Below are positions 43,921-64,000 of a DNA stretch of 64,000 bases, in pieces. This DNA is from the human T2T-CHM13v2.0 reference genome, Homo sapiens. Below the pieces are notes generated by a model. That model was not told the DNA's origin. It saw only the letters and a list, made by a program, of their open reading frames with translations, and ran no database searches. The position numbers and the translations under genes were made by a program. The stretch lies in the NCBI RefSeq assembly GCF_009914755.1, contig NC_060948.1; one strand, 5' to 3'. Numbering within the stretch: the first letter of the stretch is position 1; the number at the start of each line of letters is the position of its first letter.

Positions 43921-46024
43921 AGATCCATATTTTTTAAATGAAAAAAAATTTCAAAGGTACTCTGCTAGGTACAATAATCAAATGTATAAACTGAGGAAGA
44001 AAACATAACCATGAAACCTACTTATAACTGCATATGGAAAATACAGAGGATAATTTTTTAAATAACATATTTTGAAAGCCTTAACTAGTAATTTGAAGAG
44101 TTGGCATTTGAAAGGCCAGTATGAATATACCTTCAAAGCAGCAACACAGGTTCCCCATGAGAAAAAGCAAACTCAGGGAAAATAAAACCACAAAGGTTCA
44201 ATCTCTTCTGACCTTTGAAAGACACAGCACAGACAGTGGTCCTTAGGACGAAGAGCAGGAGACCCCTAATTCCGTCACCATGGCGATAGGGCATAAACAC
44301 TGCTGGGTGAGGGCACAATCCACATTGTGAGGTCCAACTGCTGCCAGGAAGACAGGAGTGCTTTTACATAGACCGAAAGGTCATTGAAGGCTCAGAGTTT
44401 TGTTTCAAGAACTGAATCCCAAGCCCACACGTTATTAGGCTGCGCTTCTTAAAACAAGTTATGAGATGGGAAAAAGGGCACCCACAGACATACGTATACA
44501 TTATGTATATAATAATATACAGTATCATATATATAATATATATAACCTATGTATAATATTGTTTTACATCCTGCATCTTATACTATATATATTGTATAAA
44601 GTATAATAATTGATAATATATAAATTTTATATTTATACAATATGACATATAGTATATATTATAATTTATGACATATATAATATATGTTATATATCATATA
44701 TAGAATATATTATACGGTTAATATACGTATTAAATATAAATTATACATTATATATATTATATATAATATATCTGTTACATATAATACCCATTATGCATAA
44801 TATATATATTATGTCTATGTTATATATAGTATAAAACAACATATAATAATATATAATTGTATATATAAAATGCGACATATAATATATATTATATTTTATG
44901 ACATATGTAATATATATTATATATTATATATAATACGTTGTATGTATAATACCTAAAATAAATATATATTATATGACTATGTTATTAATTACATGTCACA
45001 TGTGTTATATATTATATATTTTACATAGAATATACCGGTTACATACAATATATACTATGTTACCTATAATGTATAATTTATTACATGTAAAATAAAGAAT
45101 GCAATATATTATGTATAATTTATAATATACAATATGTGGAATGTGATATATATAACATATAATATATGATATATGATATACAGTATATGATATATAACAT
45201 ACAATATATGATACCTAATATATATGGTATACAATATATATTTTATGATATGTATTCTATATGTTTTATATTCTGTTATATATAACTATTTGAAATTATA
45301 TATAACTGTATAATATTTTATATAAATATGTAATATAATATATATAACTATATAATATATTATATATAACTACATATTATGTTATATATACTTTTATAAC
45401 ATAATTTACATAAAATATCATAATATAATATATATTATATTATTTCATATTACATAATATATATTACATATCACCCAATATAAGTAACATACATAATATT
45501 ATAATATAGATTATATTATGTTATATTAAATATCATATATATCATGTATCATATAATCTATAATATATATTATACATTATATAATACGTATGTTGTCTAT
45601 TATGTGATATATATAACTATATATATAATTATATTATTATACATATAACTAGATAAACATGTAATTCTACATATTTTCATTTATAATGTATAGAATTATA
45701 TAATCATATAAATTATTTATGTTCTATAAAAAATTATATCATTATATAAATTATAATATATAAAAATTATAATATGTACTGCAAATATATATATTATATA
45801 TCATATATGATATAGTACCTTTGTTATATATCATAATACATATAAATGTGTATTATGTTATCTATAATTATATAATTTCATATATAAGATGTATAATATT
45901 TATTATATATTATATATGTTATGTAATATATATAGTATATATAAGATGACACAGGATAAATATTATATACTATGACATATAAAATATATGAGGTTATATG
46001 TTACATATAAGGCATAGCACATAA

Positions 46025-46339
<315 letters not shown>

Positions 46340-48443
46340 AGATCCATATTTTTTAAATGAAAAAAAATTTCAAAGGTACTCTGCTTGGTACAATAATCAA
46401 ATGTATAAACTGAGGAATAAAACATAACCATGAAACCTACTTATAACTGCATATGGAAAATACAGAGGATAATTTTTTAAATAACATATTTTGAAAGCCT
46501 TAACTAGTAATTTGAAGAGTTGGCATTTGAAAGGCCATTATGAATATACATTCAAAGCAGCAACACAGGTTCCCCATGAGAAAAAGCAAACTCAGGGAAA
46601 ATAAAACCACAAAGGTTCAATCTTTTCTGACCTTTGAAAGACACAGCACAGACAGTGGTCCTTAGGACGAAGAGCAGGAGACCCCTAATTCCGTCACCAT
46701 GGCGATAGGGCATAAACACTGCTGGGTGAGGGCACAATCCACATTGTGAGGTCCAGCTGCTGCCAGGAAGACAGGAGTGCTTTTACATAGACCGAAAGGT
46801 CATTGAAGGCTCAGAGTTTTGTTTCAAGAACTGAATCCCAAGCCCACACGTTATTAGGCTGCGCTTCTTAAAACAAGTTATGAGATGGGAAAAAGGGCAC
46901 CCACAAACATACGTATACATTATGTATATAATAATATACAGTATCATATATATAATATATATAACCTATGTATAATATTGTTTTACATCCTGCATCTTAT
47001 ATTATATATATTGTATAAAATATAATAATTGATAATATATAAGTTTTATATTTATACAATATGACATATAGTATAAATTATAATTTATGACATATAATAT
47101 ATATGTTATATATCATATATAGAATATATTATACGGTTAATATACGTATTAAATATAAATTATACATTATATATATTATATATAATATATCTGCTATATA
47201 TAATACGCATTATGCATATTATATATATTATGTCTATGTTATATATAGTATAAAACAACATATAATAATATATAATTGTATATATAAAATGCGACATATA
47301 ATATATATTATATTTTATCACATATGTAATATATATTATATATTATATATAATACGTTGTATGTATAATACCTAAAATAAATATATATTATATGACTATG
47401 TTATTAATTACATGTCAGATGTGTTATATATTATATATTTTACATAGAATATACCGGTTACATACAATATATACTATGTTACCTATAATGTATAATTTAT
47501 TACATGTAAAATAAAGAATGCAATATATTATGTATAATTTATAATATACAATATGTGGAATGTGATATATATAACATATAATATATGATATATGATATAC
47601 AGTATATGATATATAACATACAATATATGATACCTAATATATATGGTATACAATATATATTTTATGATATGTATTCTATATGTTTTATATTCTGTTATAT
47701 ATAACTATTTGAAATTATATATAACTGTATAATATTTTATGTAAATATGTAATATAATATATATAAATATATAATATATTATATATAACTACATATTATG
47801 TTATATATACTTTTATAACATAATTTACATAAAATATCATAATATAATATATATTATATTATTTCATATTACATAATATATATTACATATCACCCAATAT
47901 AAGTAACATACATAATATTATAATATAGATTATATTATGTTATATTAAATATCATATATATCATGTATCATATAATCTATAATATATATTATACATTATA
48001 TAATATGTATGTTGTCTATTATGTGATATATATAACTATATATATAATTATATTATTATACATATAACTAGATAAACATGTAATTCTACATATTTTCATT
48101 TATAATGTATAGAATTATATAATCATATAAATTATTTATATTCTATAAAAAATTATATCATTATATAAATTATAATATATAAAAATTATAATATGTACTA
48201 CAAATATATATATTATATATCATATATGATATAGTACCTTTGTTATATATCATAATACATATAAATGTGTATTATGTTATCTATAATTATATAATTTCAT
48301 ATATAAGATGTATAATATTTATTATATATTATATATGTTATGTAATATATATAGTATATATAAGATGATACAGGATAAATATTATATACTATGACATATA
48401 AAATATATGAGGTTATATGTTACATATAAGGCATAGCACATAA

Positions 48444-48758
<315 letters not shown>

Positions 48759-50863
48759 AGATCCATATTTTTTAAATGAAAAAAAATTTCAAAGGTACTC
48801 TGCTTGGTACAATAATCAAATGTATAAACTGAGGAATAAAACATAACCATGAAACCTACTTATAACTGCATATGGAAAATACAGAGGATAATTTTTTAAA
48901 TAACATATTTTGAAAGCCTTAACTAGTAATTTGAAGAGTTGGCATTTGAAAGGCCAGTATGAGTATACCTTCAAAGCAGCAACACAGGTTCCCCATGAGA
49001 AAAAGCAAACTCAGGGAAAATAAAACCACAAAGGTTCAATCTCTTCTGACCTTTGAAAGACACAGCACAGACAGTGGTCCTTAGGACGAAGAGCAGGAGA
49101 CCCCTAATTCCGTCACCATGGCGATAGGGCATAAACACTGCTGGGTGAGGGCACAATCCACATTGTGAGGTCCAACTGCTGCCAGGAAGACAGGAGTGCT
49201 TTTACATAGACCGAAAGGTCATTGAAGGCTCAGAGTTTTGTTTCAAGAACTGAATCCCAAGCCCACACGTTATTAGGCTGCGCTTCTTAAAACAAGTTAT
49301 GAGATGGGAAAAAGGGCACCCACAAACATACGTATACATTATGTATATAATAATATACAATATCATATATATAATATATATAACCTATGTATAATATTGT
49401 TTTACATCCTGCATCTTATATTATATATATTGTATAAAATACAATAATTGATAATATATAAGTTTTATATTTATACAATATGACATATAGTATAAATTAT
49501 AATTTATGACATATAATATATATGTTATATATCATATATAGAATATATTATACGGTTAATATACGTATTAAATATAAATTATACATTATATATATTATAT
49601 ATAATATATCTGCTATATATAATACGCATTATGCATATTATATATATTATGTCTATGTTATATATAGTATAAAACAACATATAATAATATATAATTGTAT
49701 ATATAAAATGCGACATATAATTTATAATATATTTTATGACATATGTAATATATATTATATATTATATATAATACGTTGTATGTATAATACCTATATTAAA
49801 TATATATTATATGACTATGTTATTAATTACATGTCACATATGTTATATATTATATATTTTACATAGAATGTACCGGTTACATACAATATATACTATGTTA
49901 CCTATAATGTATAATTTATTACATGTAAAATAAAGAATGCAATATATTATGTATAATTTATAATATACAATATGTGGAATGTGATATATATAACATATAA
50001 TATATGATATATGATATACAGTATATGATATATAACATACAATATATGATACCTAACATATATGGTATACAATATATATTTTATGATATGTATTCTCTAT
50101 GTTTTATATTCTCTTATATATAACTATTTGAAATTATATATAACTGAGTAATATTTTATGTAAATATGTAATATAATATATATAACTATATAATATATTA
50201 TATATAACTATATATTATGTTATATATACTTTTATAACATAATTTACATAAAATATCATAATATAATATATATTATATTATTTCATATTACATAATATAT
50301 ATTACATATCACGCAATATAAGTAACATACATAATATTATAATATAGATTATATTATGTTATATTAAATATCATATATATCATGTATCATATATTCTATA
50401 ATATATATTATACATTATATAATATGTATGTTGTCTATTATGTGATATATATAACTATATATATAATTATATTATTATACATATAACTAGATAAACATGT
50501 AATTCTACATATTTTCATTTATAATATATAGAATTATATAATCATATATAATTATTTATATTCTATAAAAAATTATATCATTATATAAATTATAATATAT
50601 AAAAATTATAATATGTACTACAAATATATATATTATATATCATATATGATATAGTACCTTTGTTATATATCATAATACATATAAATGTGTATTATGTTAT
50701 CTATAATTATATAATTTCATATATAAGATGTATAATATTTATTATATATTATATATGTTATGTAATATATATAGTATATATAAGATGAGACAGGATAAAT
50801 ATTATATACTATGACATATAAAATATATGAGGTTATATGTTACATATAAGGCATAGCACATAA

Positions 50864-51178
<315 letters not shown>

Positions 51179-53283
51179 AGATCCATATTTTTTAAATGAA
51201 AAAAAATTTCAAAGGTACTCTGCTTGGTACAATAATCAAATGTATAAACTGAGGAATAAAACATAACCATGAAACCTACTTATAACTGCATATGGAAAAT
51301 ACAGAGGATAATTTTTTAAATAACATATTTTGAAAGCCTTAACTAGTAATTTGAAGAGTTGGCATTTGAAAGGCCAGTATGAATATACCTTCAAAGCAGC
51401 AACACAGGTTCCCCATGAGAAAAAGCAAACTCAGGGAAAATAAAACCACAAAGGTTCAATCTCTTCTGACCTTTGAAAGACACAGCACAGACAGTGGTCC
51501 TTAGGACGAAGAGCAGGAGACCCCTAATTCCGTCACCATGGCGATAGGGCATAAACACTGCTGGGTGAGGGCACAATCCACATTGTGAGGTCCAGCTGCT
51601 GCCAGGAAGACAGGAGTGCTTTTACATAGACCGAAAGGTCATTGAAGGCTCAGAGTTTTGTTTCAAGAACTGAATCCCAAGCCCACACGTTATTAGGCTG
51701 CGCTTCTTAAAACAAGTTATGAGATGGGAAAAAGGGCACCCACAGACATACGTATACATTATGTATATAATAATATACAGTATCATATATATAATATATA
51801 TAACCTATGTATAATATTGTTTTACATCCTGCATCTTATACTATATATATTGTATAAAATATAATAATTGATAATATATAAATTTTATATTTATACAATA
51901 CGACATATAGTATATATTATAATTTATGACATATATAATATATGTTATATATCATATATAGAATATATTATACGGTTAATATACGTATTAAATATAAATT
52001 ATACATTATATATATTATATATAATATATCTGTTATATATAATACCCATTATGCATAATATATATATTATGTCTATGTTATATATAGTATAAAACAACAT
52101 ATAATAATATATAATTGTATATATAAAATGCGACATATAATATATATTATATTTTATGACATATGTAATATATATTATATATTATATATAATACGTTGTA
52201 TATATAATACCTATATTAAATATATGTTATATGACTGTGTTATTAATTACATGTCACATATGTTATATATTATATATTTTACATAGAATATACCGGTTAC
52301 ATACAATATATACTATGTTACGTATAATGTATAATTTATTACATGTAAAATAAAGAATGCAATATATTATGTGCAATTTATAATATACAATATGTGGAAT
52401 GTGATATATATAACATATAATATATGATATATGATATACAGTATATGATATATAACATACAATATATGATACCTAATATATATGGTATACAATATATATT
52501 TTATGATATGTATTCTATATGTTTTATATTCTGTTATATATAACTATTTGAAATTATATATAACTGTATAATATTTTATGTAAATATGTAATATAATATA
52601 TATAAATATATAATATATTATATATAACTATATATTATGTTATATATACTTTTATAACATAATTTACATAAAATATCATAATATAATATATACTATATTA
52701 TTTCACATTACATAATATATATTACGTATCACCCAATATAAGTAACATACCTAATATTATAATATAGATTATATTATGTTATATTAAATATCATATATAT
52801 CATGTATCATATATTCTATAATATATATTATACATTATATAATATGTATGTTGTCTATTATGTGATATATATAACTATATATATAATTATATTATTATAC
52901 ATATAACTAGATAAACATGTAATTCTACATATTTTCATTTATAATATATAGAATTATATAATTATATATAATTATTTATATTCTATAATAAATTATATCA
53001 TTATATAAATTATAATATATAAAAATTATAATATGTACTACAAATATATATATTACATATCATATATGATATAGTACCATTGTTATATATCATAATACAT
53101 ATAAATGTGTATTATGATATCTATAATTATATAATTTCATATATAAGATGTATAATATGTATTATATATTATATATGTTATGTAATATATATAGTATATA
53201 TAAGATGACACAGGATAAATATTATATACTATGACATATAAAATATATGAGGTTATATGTTACATATAAGGCATAGCACATAA

Positions 53284-53598
<315 letters not shown>

Positions 53599-55703
53599 AG
53601 ATCCATATTTTTTAAATGAAAAAAAATTTCAAAGGTACTCTGCTTCGTACAATAATCAAATGTATAAACTGAGGAATAAAACATAACCATGAAACCTACT
53701 TATAACTGCATATGGAAAATACAGAGGATAATTTTTTAAATAACATATTTTGAAAGTCTTAACTAGTAATTTGAAGAGTTGGCATTTGAAAGGCCAGTAT
53801 GAATATACCTTCAAAGCAGCAACACAGGTTCCCCTTGAGAAAAATCAAACTCAGGTAAAATAAAACCACAAAGGTTCAATCTCTTCTGACCATTGAAAGA
53901 CACAGCACAGACAGTGGTCCTTAGGACGAAGAGCAGGAGACCCCTAATTCCGTCACCATGGCGATAGGGCATAAACACTGCTGGGTGAGGGCACAATCCA
54001 CATTGTGAGGTCCAACTGCTGCCAGGAAGACAGGAGTGCTTTTACATAGACCGAAAGGTCATTGAAGGCTCAGAGTTTTGTTTCAAGAACTGAATCCCAA
54101 ACCCACACGTTATTAGGCTGCGCTTCTTAAAACAAGTTATGAGATGGGAAAAAGGGCACCCACAAACATACGTATACATTATGTATATAATAATATACAG
54201 TATCATATATATAATATATATAACCTATGTATAATATTGTTTTACATCCTGCATCTTATATTATATATATTGTATAAAATATAATTATTGATAATATATA
54301 AATTTTATATTTATACATTATGACATATAGTATATATTATAATTTATGACATATATAATATATGTTATATATCATATATAGAATATATTATACGGTTAAT
54401 ATACGTATTAAATATAAATTATACATTATATATATTATATATAATATATCTGTTATATATAATACCCATTATGCATAATATATATATTATGTCTATGTTA
54501 TATATAGTATAAAACAACATATAATAATAAATAATTGTATATATAAAATGCGACATATAATATATATTATATTTTATGACATATGTAATATATATTATAT
54601 ATTATATATAATACGTTGTATGTATAATACCTATAATAAATATATATTATATGACTATGTTATTAATTACATGTCACATGTGTTATATATTATATATTTT
54701 ACATAGAATATACCGGTTACATACAATATATACTATGTTACCTATAATGTATATTTTATTACATGTGAAATAAAGAATGCAATATATTATGTATAATTTA
54801 TAATATACAATATGTGGAATGTGATATATATAACATATAATATATGATATATGATATACAGTATATGATATATAACATACAATATATGATACCTAATATA
54901 TATGGTATACAATATATATTTTATGATATGTATTCTATATGTTCTATATTCTGTTACATATAACTATTTGAAATTATATATAACTGTATAATATTTTATG
55001 TAAATATGTAATATAATATATATAACTATATAATATATTATATATAACTATATATTATGTTATATATACTTTTATAACATAATTTACATAAAATATCATA
55101 ATATAATATATATTATATTATTTCATATTACATAATATATATTACATATCACCAAATATAAGTAACATACATAATATTATAATATAGATTATATTATGTT
55201 ATATTAAATATCATATATATCATGTATCATATATTCTATAATATATATTATACATTATATAATATGTATGTTGTCTATTATGTGATATATATAACAATAT
55301 ATATAATTATATTATTATACATATAACTAGATAAACATGTAATTCTACATATTTTCATTTATAATATTTAGAATTATATAATCATATATAATTATTTATA
55401 TTCTATAAAAAATTATATCATTATATAAATTATAATATATAAAAATTATAATATGTACTACAAATATATATATTATATATCATATATGATATGGTACCTT
55501 TGTTATATATCATAATACATATAAATGTGTATTATGTTATCTATAATTATATAATTTCATATATAAGATGTATAATATTTATTATATATTATATATGTTA
55601 TGTAATATATATAGTATATATAAGATGAGACAGGATAAATATTATATACTATGACATATAAAATATATGAGGTTATATGTTACATATAAGTCATAGCACA
55701 TAA

Positions 55704-56018
<315 letters not shown>

Positions 56019-58123
56019 AGATCCATATTTTTTAAATGAAAAAAAATTTCAAAGGTACTCTGCTTGGTACAATAATCAAATGTATAAACTGAGGAATAAA
56101 ACATAACCATGAAACCTACTTATAACTGCATATGGAAAATACAGAGGATAATTTTTTAAATAACATATTTTGAAAGCCTTAACTAGTAATTTGAAGAGTT
56201 GGCATTTGAAAGGCCAGAATGAATATACCTTCAAAGCAGCAACACAGGTTCCCCATGAGAAAAAGCAAACTCAGGGAAAATAAAACCACAAAGGTTCAAT
56301 CTCTTCTGACCTTTGAAAGACACAGCACAGACAGTGGTCCTTAGGACGAAGAGCAGGAGACCCCTAATTCCGTCACCATGGCGATAGGGCATAAACATTG
56401 CTGGGTGAGGGCACAATCCACATTGTGAGGTCCAACTGCTGCCAGGAAGACAGGAGTGCTTTTACATAGACCGAAAGGTCATTGAAGGCTCAGAGTTTTG
56501 TTTCAAGAACTGAATCCCAAGCCCACACGTTATTAGGCTGCGCTTCTTAAAACAAGTTATGAGATGGGAAAAAGGGCACCCAAAAACATACGTATACATT
56601 ATGTATATAATAATATACAGTATCATATATATAATATATATAACCTATGTATAATATTGTTTTACATCCTGCATCTTATATTATATATATTGTATAAAAT
56701 ACAATAATTGATAATATATAAGTTTTATATTTATACAATATGATATATAGTATAAATTATAATTTATGACATATAATATATATGTTATATATCATATATA
56801 GAATATATTATACGGTTAATATACGTATTAAATATAAATTATACATTATATATATTATATATAATATATCTGCTATATATAATACGCATTATGCATATTA
56901 TATATATTATGTCTATGTTATATATAGTATAAAACAACATATAATAATATATAATTGTATATATAAAATGCGACATATAATATATAATATATTTTATGAC
57001 ATATGTAATATATATTATATATTATATATAATACGTTGTATGTATAATACCTATATTAAATATATATTATATGACTATGTTATTAATTACATGTCACATA
57101 TGTTATCTATTATATATTTTACATAGAATGTACCGGTTACATACAATATATACTATGTTACCTATAATGTATAATTTATTACATGTAAAATAAAGAATGC
57201 AATATATTATGTATAATTTATAATATACAATATGTGGAATGTGATATATATAACATATAATATATGATATATGATATACAGTATATGATATATAACATAC
57301 AATATATGATACCTAACATATATGGTATACAATATATATTTTATGATATGTATTCTCTATGTTTTATATTCTCTTATATATAACTATTTGAAATTATATA
57401 TAACTGAGTAATATTTTATGTAAATATGTAATATAATATATATAACTATATAATATGTTATATATAACTATATATTATGTTATATATACTTTTATAACAT
57501 AATTTACATAAAATATCATAATATAATATATATTATATTATTTCATATTACATAATATATATTACATATCACCCAATATAAGTAACATACATAATATTAT
57601 AATATAGATTATATTATGTTATATTAAATATCATATATATCATGTATCATATATTCTATAATATATATTATACATTATATAATATGTATGTTGTCTATTA
57701 TGTGATATATATAACTATATATATAATTATATTATTATACATATAACTAGATAAACATGTAATTCTACATATTTTCATTTATAATATATAGAATTATATA
57801 ATCATATATAATTATTTATATTCTATAAAAAATTATATCATTATATAAATTATAATATATAAAAATTATAATATGTACTACAAATATATATATTATATAT
57901 CATATATGATATAGTACCGTTGTTATATATCATAATACATATAAATGTGTATTATGTTATCTATAATTATATAATTTCATATATAAGATGTATAATATTT
58001 ATTATATATTATATATGTTATGTAATATATATAGTATATATAAGATGAGACAGGATAAATATTATATACTATGACATATAAAATATATGAGGTTATATGT
58101 TACATATAAGGCATAGCACATAA

Positions 58124-58438
<315 letters not shown>

Positions 58439-60543
58439 AGATCCATATTTTTTAAATGAAAAAAAATTTCAAAGGTACTCTGCTTGGTACAATAATCAAA
58501 TGTATAAACTGAGGAATAAAACATAACCATGAAACCTACTTATAACTGCATATGGAAAATACAGAGGATAATTTTTTAAATAACATATTTTGAAAGCCTT
58601 AACTAGTAATTTGAAGAGTTGGCATTTGAAAGGCCAGTATGAATATACCTTCAAAGCAGCAACACAGGTTCCCCATGAGAAAAAGCAAACTCAGGGAAAA
58701 TAAAACCACAAAGGTTCAATCTCTTCTGACCTTTGAAAGACACAGCACAGACAGTGGTCCTTAGGACGAAGAGCAGGAGACCCCTAATTCCGTCACCATG
58801 GCGATAGGGCATAAACATTGCTGGGTGAGGGCACAATCCACATTGTGAGGTCCAACTGCTGCCAGGAAGACAGGAGTGCTTTTACATAGACCGAAAGGTC
58901 ATTGAAGGCTCAGAGTTTTGTTTCAAGAACTGAATCCCAAGCCCACACGTTATTAGGCTGCGCTTCTTAAAACAAGCTATGAGATGGGAAAAAGGGCACC
59001 CACAAACATACGTATACATTATGTATACAATAATATACAGTATCATATATATAATATATATAACCTATGTATAATATTGTTTTACATCCTGCATCTTATA
59101 CTATATATATTGTATAAAATATAATAATTGATAATATATAAGTTTTATATTTATATTATATGACATATATTATATATTATAATTTATGATATATATATTA
59201 TATGTTATATATCATATATAGAATATATTATACGGTTAATATACGTATTAAATATAAATTATATATTATATACATTATATATAATATATCTGTTATATAT
59301 AATACCCATTATGCATAATATATATATTATGTCTATGTTATATATAGTATAAAACAACATATAATAATATATAATTGTATATATAAAAGGTGACATATAA
59401 TATATATTATATTTTATGACATATGTAATATATATTATATATTATATATAATACGTTGTATGTATAATACCTATATTAAATATATATGATATGACTATGT
59501 TATTAATTACATGTCACATGTGTTATATATTATATATTTTACATACAATATACCGGTTACATACAATATATACTATCTTACCTACAATGTATAATTTATT
59601 ACATGTAAAATAAAGAATGCAGTATATTATGTATAATTTATAATATACAATATGTGGAATGTGATATATATAACATATAATATATGATATATGATATACA
59701 CTATATGATATATAACATACAATATATGATACCTAATATATATGGTATACAATATATATTTTATGATATGTATTCTATATGTTCTATATTCTGTTACATA
59801 TAACTATTTGAAATTATATATAACTGTATAATATTTTATGTAAATATGTAATATAATATATATAACTATATAATATATTATATATAACTATATATTATGT
59901 TATATATACTTTTATAACATAATTTACATAAAATATCATAATATAATATATATTATATTATTTCATATTACATAATATATATTACATATCACCAAATATA
60001 AGTAACATACATAATATTATAATATAGATTATATTATGTTATATTAAATATCATATATATCATGTATCATATATTCTATAATATATATTATACATTATAT
60101 AATATGTATGTTGTCTATTATGTGATATATATAACAATATATATAATTATATTATTATACATATAACTAGATAAACATGTAATTCTACATATTTTCATTT
60201 ATAATATATAGAATTATATAATCATATATAATTATTTATATTCTATAAAAAATTATATCATTATATAAATTATAATATATAAAAATTATAATATGTACTA
60301 CAAATATATATATTATATATCATATATGATATGGTACCTTTGTTATATATCATAATACATATAAATGTGTATTATGTTATCTATAATTATATAATTTCAT
60401 ATATAAGATGTATAATATTTATTATATATTATATATGTTATGTAATATATATAGTATATATAAGATGAGACAGGATAAATATTATATACTATGACATATA
60501 AAATATATGAGGTTATATGTTACATATAAGGCATAGCACATAA

Positions 60544-60858
<315 letters not shown>

Positions 60859-62963
60859 AGATCCATATTTTTTAAATGAAAAAAAATTTCAAAGGTACTC
60901 TGCTTGGTACAATAATCAAATGTATAAACTGAGGAATAAAACATAACCATGAAACCTACTTATAACTGCATATGGAAAATACAGAGGATAATTTTTTAAA
61001 TAACATATTTTGAAAGCCTTAACTAGTAATTTGAAGAGTTGGCATTTGAAAGGCCAGAATGAATATACCTTCAAAGCAGCAACACAGGTTCCCCATGAGA
61101 AAAAGCAAACTCAGGGAAAATAAAACCACAAAGGTTCAATCTCTTCTGACCTTTGAAAGACACAGCACAGACAGTGGTCCTTAGGACGAAGAGCAGGAGA
61201 CCCCTAATTCCGTCACCATGGCGATAGGGCATAAACATTGCTGGGTGAGGGCACAATCCACATTGTGAGGTCCAACTGCTGCCAGGAAGACAGGAGTGCT
61301 TTTACATAGACCGAAAGGTCATTGAAGGCTCAGAGTTTTGTTTCAAGAACTGAATCCCAAGCCCACACGTTATTAGGCTGCGCTTCTTAAAACAAGTTAT
61401 GAGATGGGAAAAAGGGCACCCAAAAACATACGTATACATTATGTATATAATAATATACAGTATCATATATATAATATATATAACCTATGTATAATATTGT
61501 TTTACATCCTGCATCTTATATTATATATATTGTATAAAATACAATAATTGATAATATATAAGTTTTATATTTATACAATATGATATATAGTATAAATTAT
61601 AATTTATGACATATAATATATATGTTATATATCATATATAGAATATATTATACGGTTAATATACGTATTAAATATAAATTATACATTATATATATTATAT
61701 ATAATATATCTGCTATATATAATACGCATTATGCATATTATATATATTATGTCTATGTTATATATAGTATAAAACAACATATAATAATATATAATTGTAT
61801 ATATAAAATGCGACATATAATATATAATATATTTTATGACATATGTAATATATATTATATATTATATATAATACGTTGTATGTATAATACCTATATTAAA
61901 TATATATTATATGACTATGTTATTAATTACATGTCACATATGTTATATATTATATATTTTACATAGAATGTACCGGTTACATACAATATATACTATGTTA
62001 CCTATAATGTATAATTTATTACATGTAAAATAAAGAATGCAATATATTATGTATAATTTATAATATACAATATGTGGAATGTGATATATATAACATATAA
62101 TATATGATATATGATATACAGTATATGATATATAACATACAATATATGATACCTAACATATATGGTATACAATATATATTTTATGATATGTATTCTCTAT
62201 GTTTTATATTCTCTTATATATAACTATTTGAAATTATATATAACTGAGTAATATTTTATGTAAATATGTAATATAATATATATAACTATATAATATATTA
62301 TATATAACTATATATTATGTTATATATACTTTTATAACATAATTTACATAAAATATCATAATATAATATATATTATATTATTTCATATTACATAATATAT
62401 ATTACATATCACCCAATATAAGTAACATACATAATATTATAATATAGATTATATTATGTTATATTAAATATCATATATATCATGTATCATATATTCTATA
62501 ATATATATTATACATTATATAATATGTATGTTGTCTATTATGTGATATATATAACTATATATATAATTATATTATTATACATATAACTAGATAAACATGT
62601 AATTCTACATATTTTCATTTATAATTTATAGAATTATATAATCATATATAATTATTTATATTCTATAAAAAATTATATCATTATATAAATTATAATATAT
62701 AAAAATTATAATATGTACTACAAATATATATATTATATATCATATATGATATAGTACCGTTGTTATATATCATAATACATATAAATGTGTATTATGTTAT
62801 CTATAATTATATAATTTCATATATAAGATGTATAATATTTATTATATATTATATATGTTATGTAATATATATAGTATATATAAGATGAGACAGGATAAAT
62901 ATTATATACTATGACATATAAAATATATGAGGTTATATGTTACATATAAGGCATAGCACATAA

Positions 62964-63278
<315 letters not shown>

Positions 63279-64000
63279 AGATCCATATTTTTTAAATGAA
63301 AAAAAATTTCAAAGGTACTCTGCTTGGTACAATAATCAAATGTATAAACTGAGGAATAAAACATAACCATGAAACCTACTTATAACTGCATATGGAAAAT
63401 ACAGAGGATAATTTTTTAAATAACATATTTTGAAAGCCTTAACTAGTAATTTGAAGAGTTGGCATTTGAAAGGCCAGTATGAATATACCTTCAAAGCAGC
63501 AACACAGGTTCCCCATGAGAAAAAGCAAACTCAGGGAAAATAAAACCACAAAGGTTCAATCTCTTCTGACCTTTGAAAGACACAGCACAGACAGTGGTCC
63601 TTAGGACGAAGAGCAGGAGACCCCTAATTCCGTCACCATGGCGATAGGGCATAAACATTGCTGGGTGAGGGCACAATCCACATTGTGAGGTCCAACTGCT
63701 GCCAGGAAGACAGGAGTGCTTTTACATAGACCGAAAGGTCATTGAAGGCTCAGAGTTTTGTTTCAAGAACTGAATCCCAAGCCCACACGTTATTAGGCTG
63801 CGCTTCTTAAAACAAGCTATGAGATGGGAAAAAGGGCACCCACAAACATACGTATACATTATGTATACAATAATATACAGTATCATATATATAATATATA
63901 TAACCTATGTATAATATTGTTTTACATCCTGCATCTTATACTATATATATTGTATAAAATATAATAATTGATAATATATAAGTTTTATATTTATATTATA

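Overview
The whole window is one head-to-tail, single-orientation tandem array of a 2,419-2,420 bp unit: 26 complete copies plus a partial 27th, about 99% identical by eye. Each unit has three parts: a minus-strand Alu missing ~12 nt at its 5' end (~290 bp), a ~570 bp moderately GC segment (HSATI-type), and a ~1.55 kb very AT-rich degenerate (TA)n-like domain. This matches the human DYZ2 / HSat1B satellite of Yq12 heterochromatin, and the HaeIII map predicts the classic ~2.1 kb male-specific band. I find no credible protein-coding or RNA gene; every ORF in the track is a by-product of the repeat. The informative signal is in the variants. Reading unit-specific substitutions gives the order A B C D E F G H I B A B C I' B A B C B' C' D E F G H G H. 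That order shows nested multi-unit duplications (2-unit 4,840 bp, 5-unit 12,097 bp, and a >=5-unit block at a 41,132 bp offset), chimeric units with mappable crossover intervals, and one divergent unit-length island. I cannot support a new biological system; this is a known satellite with a readable turnover history. All variant calls were made by eye and need alignment confirmation.
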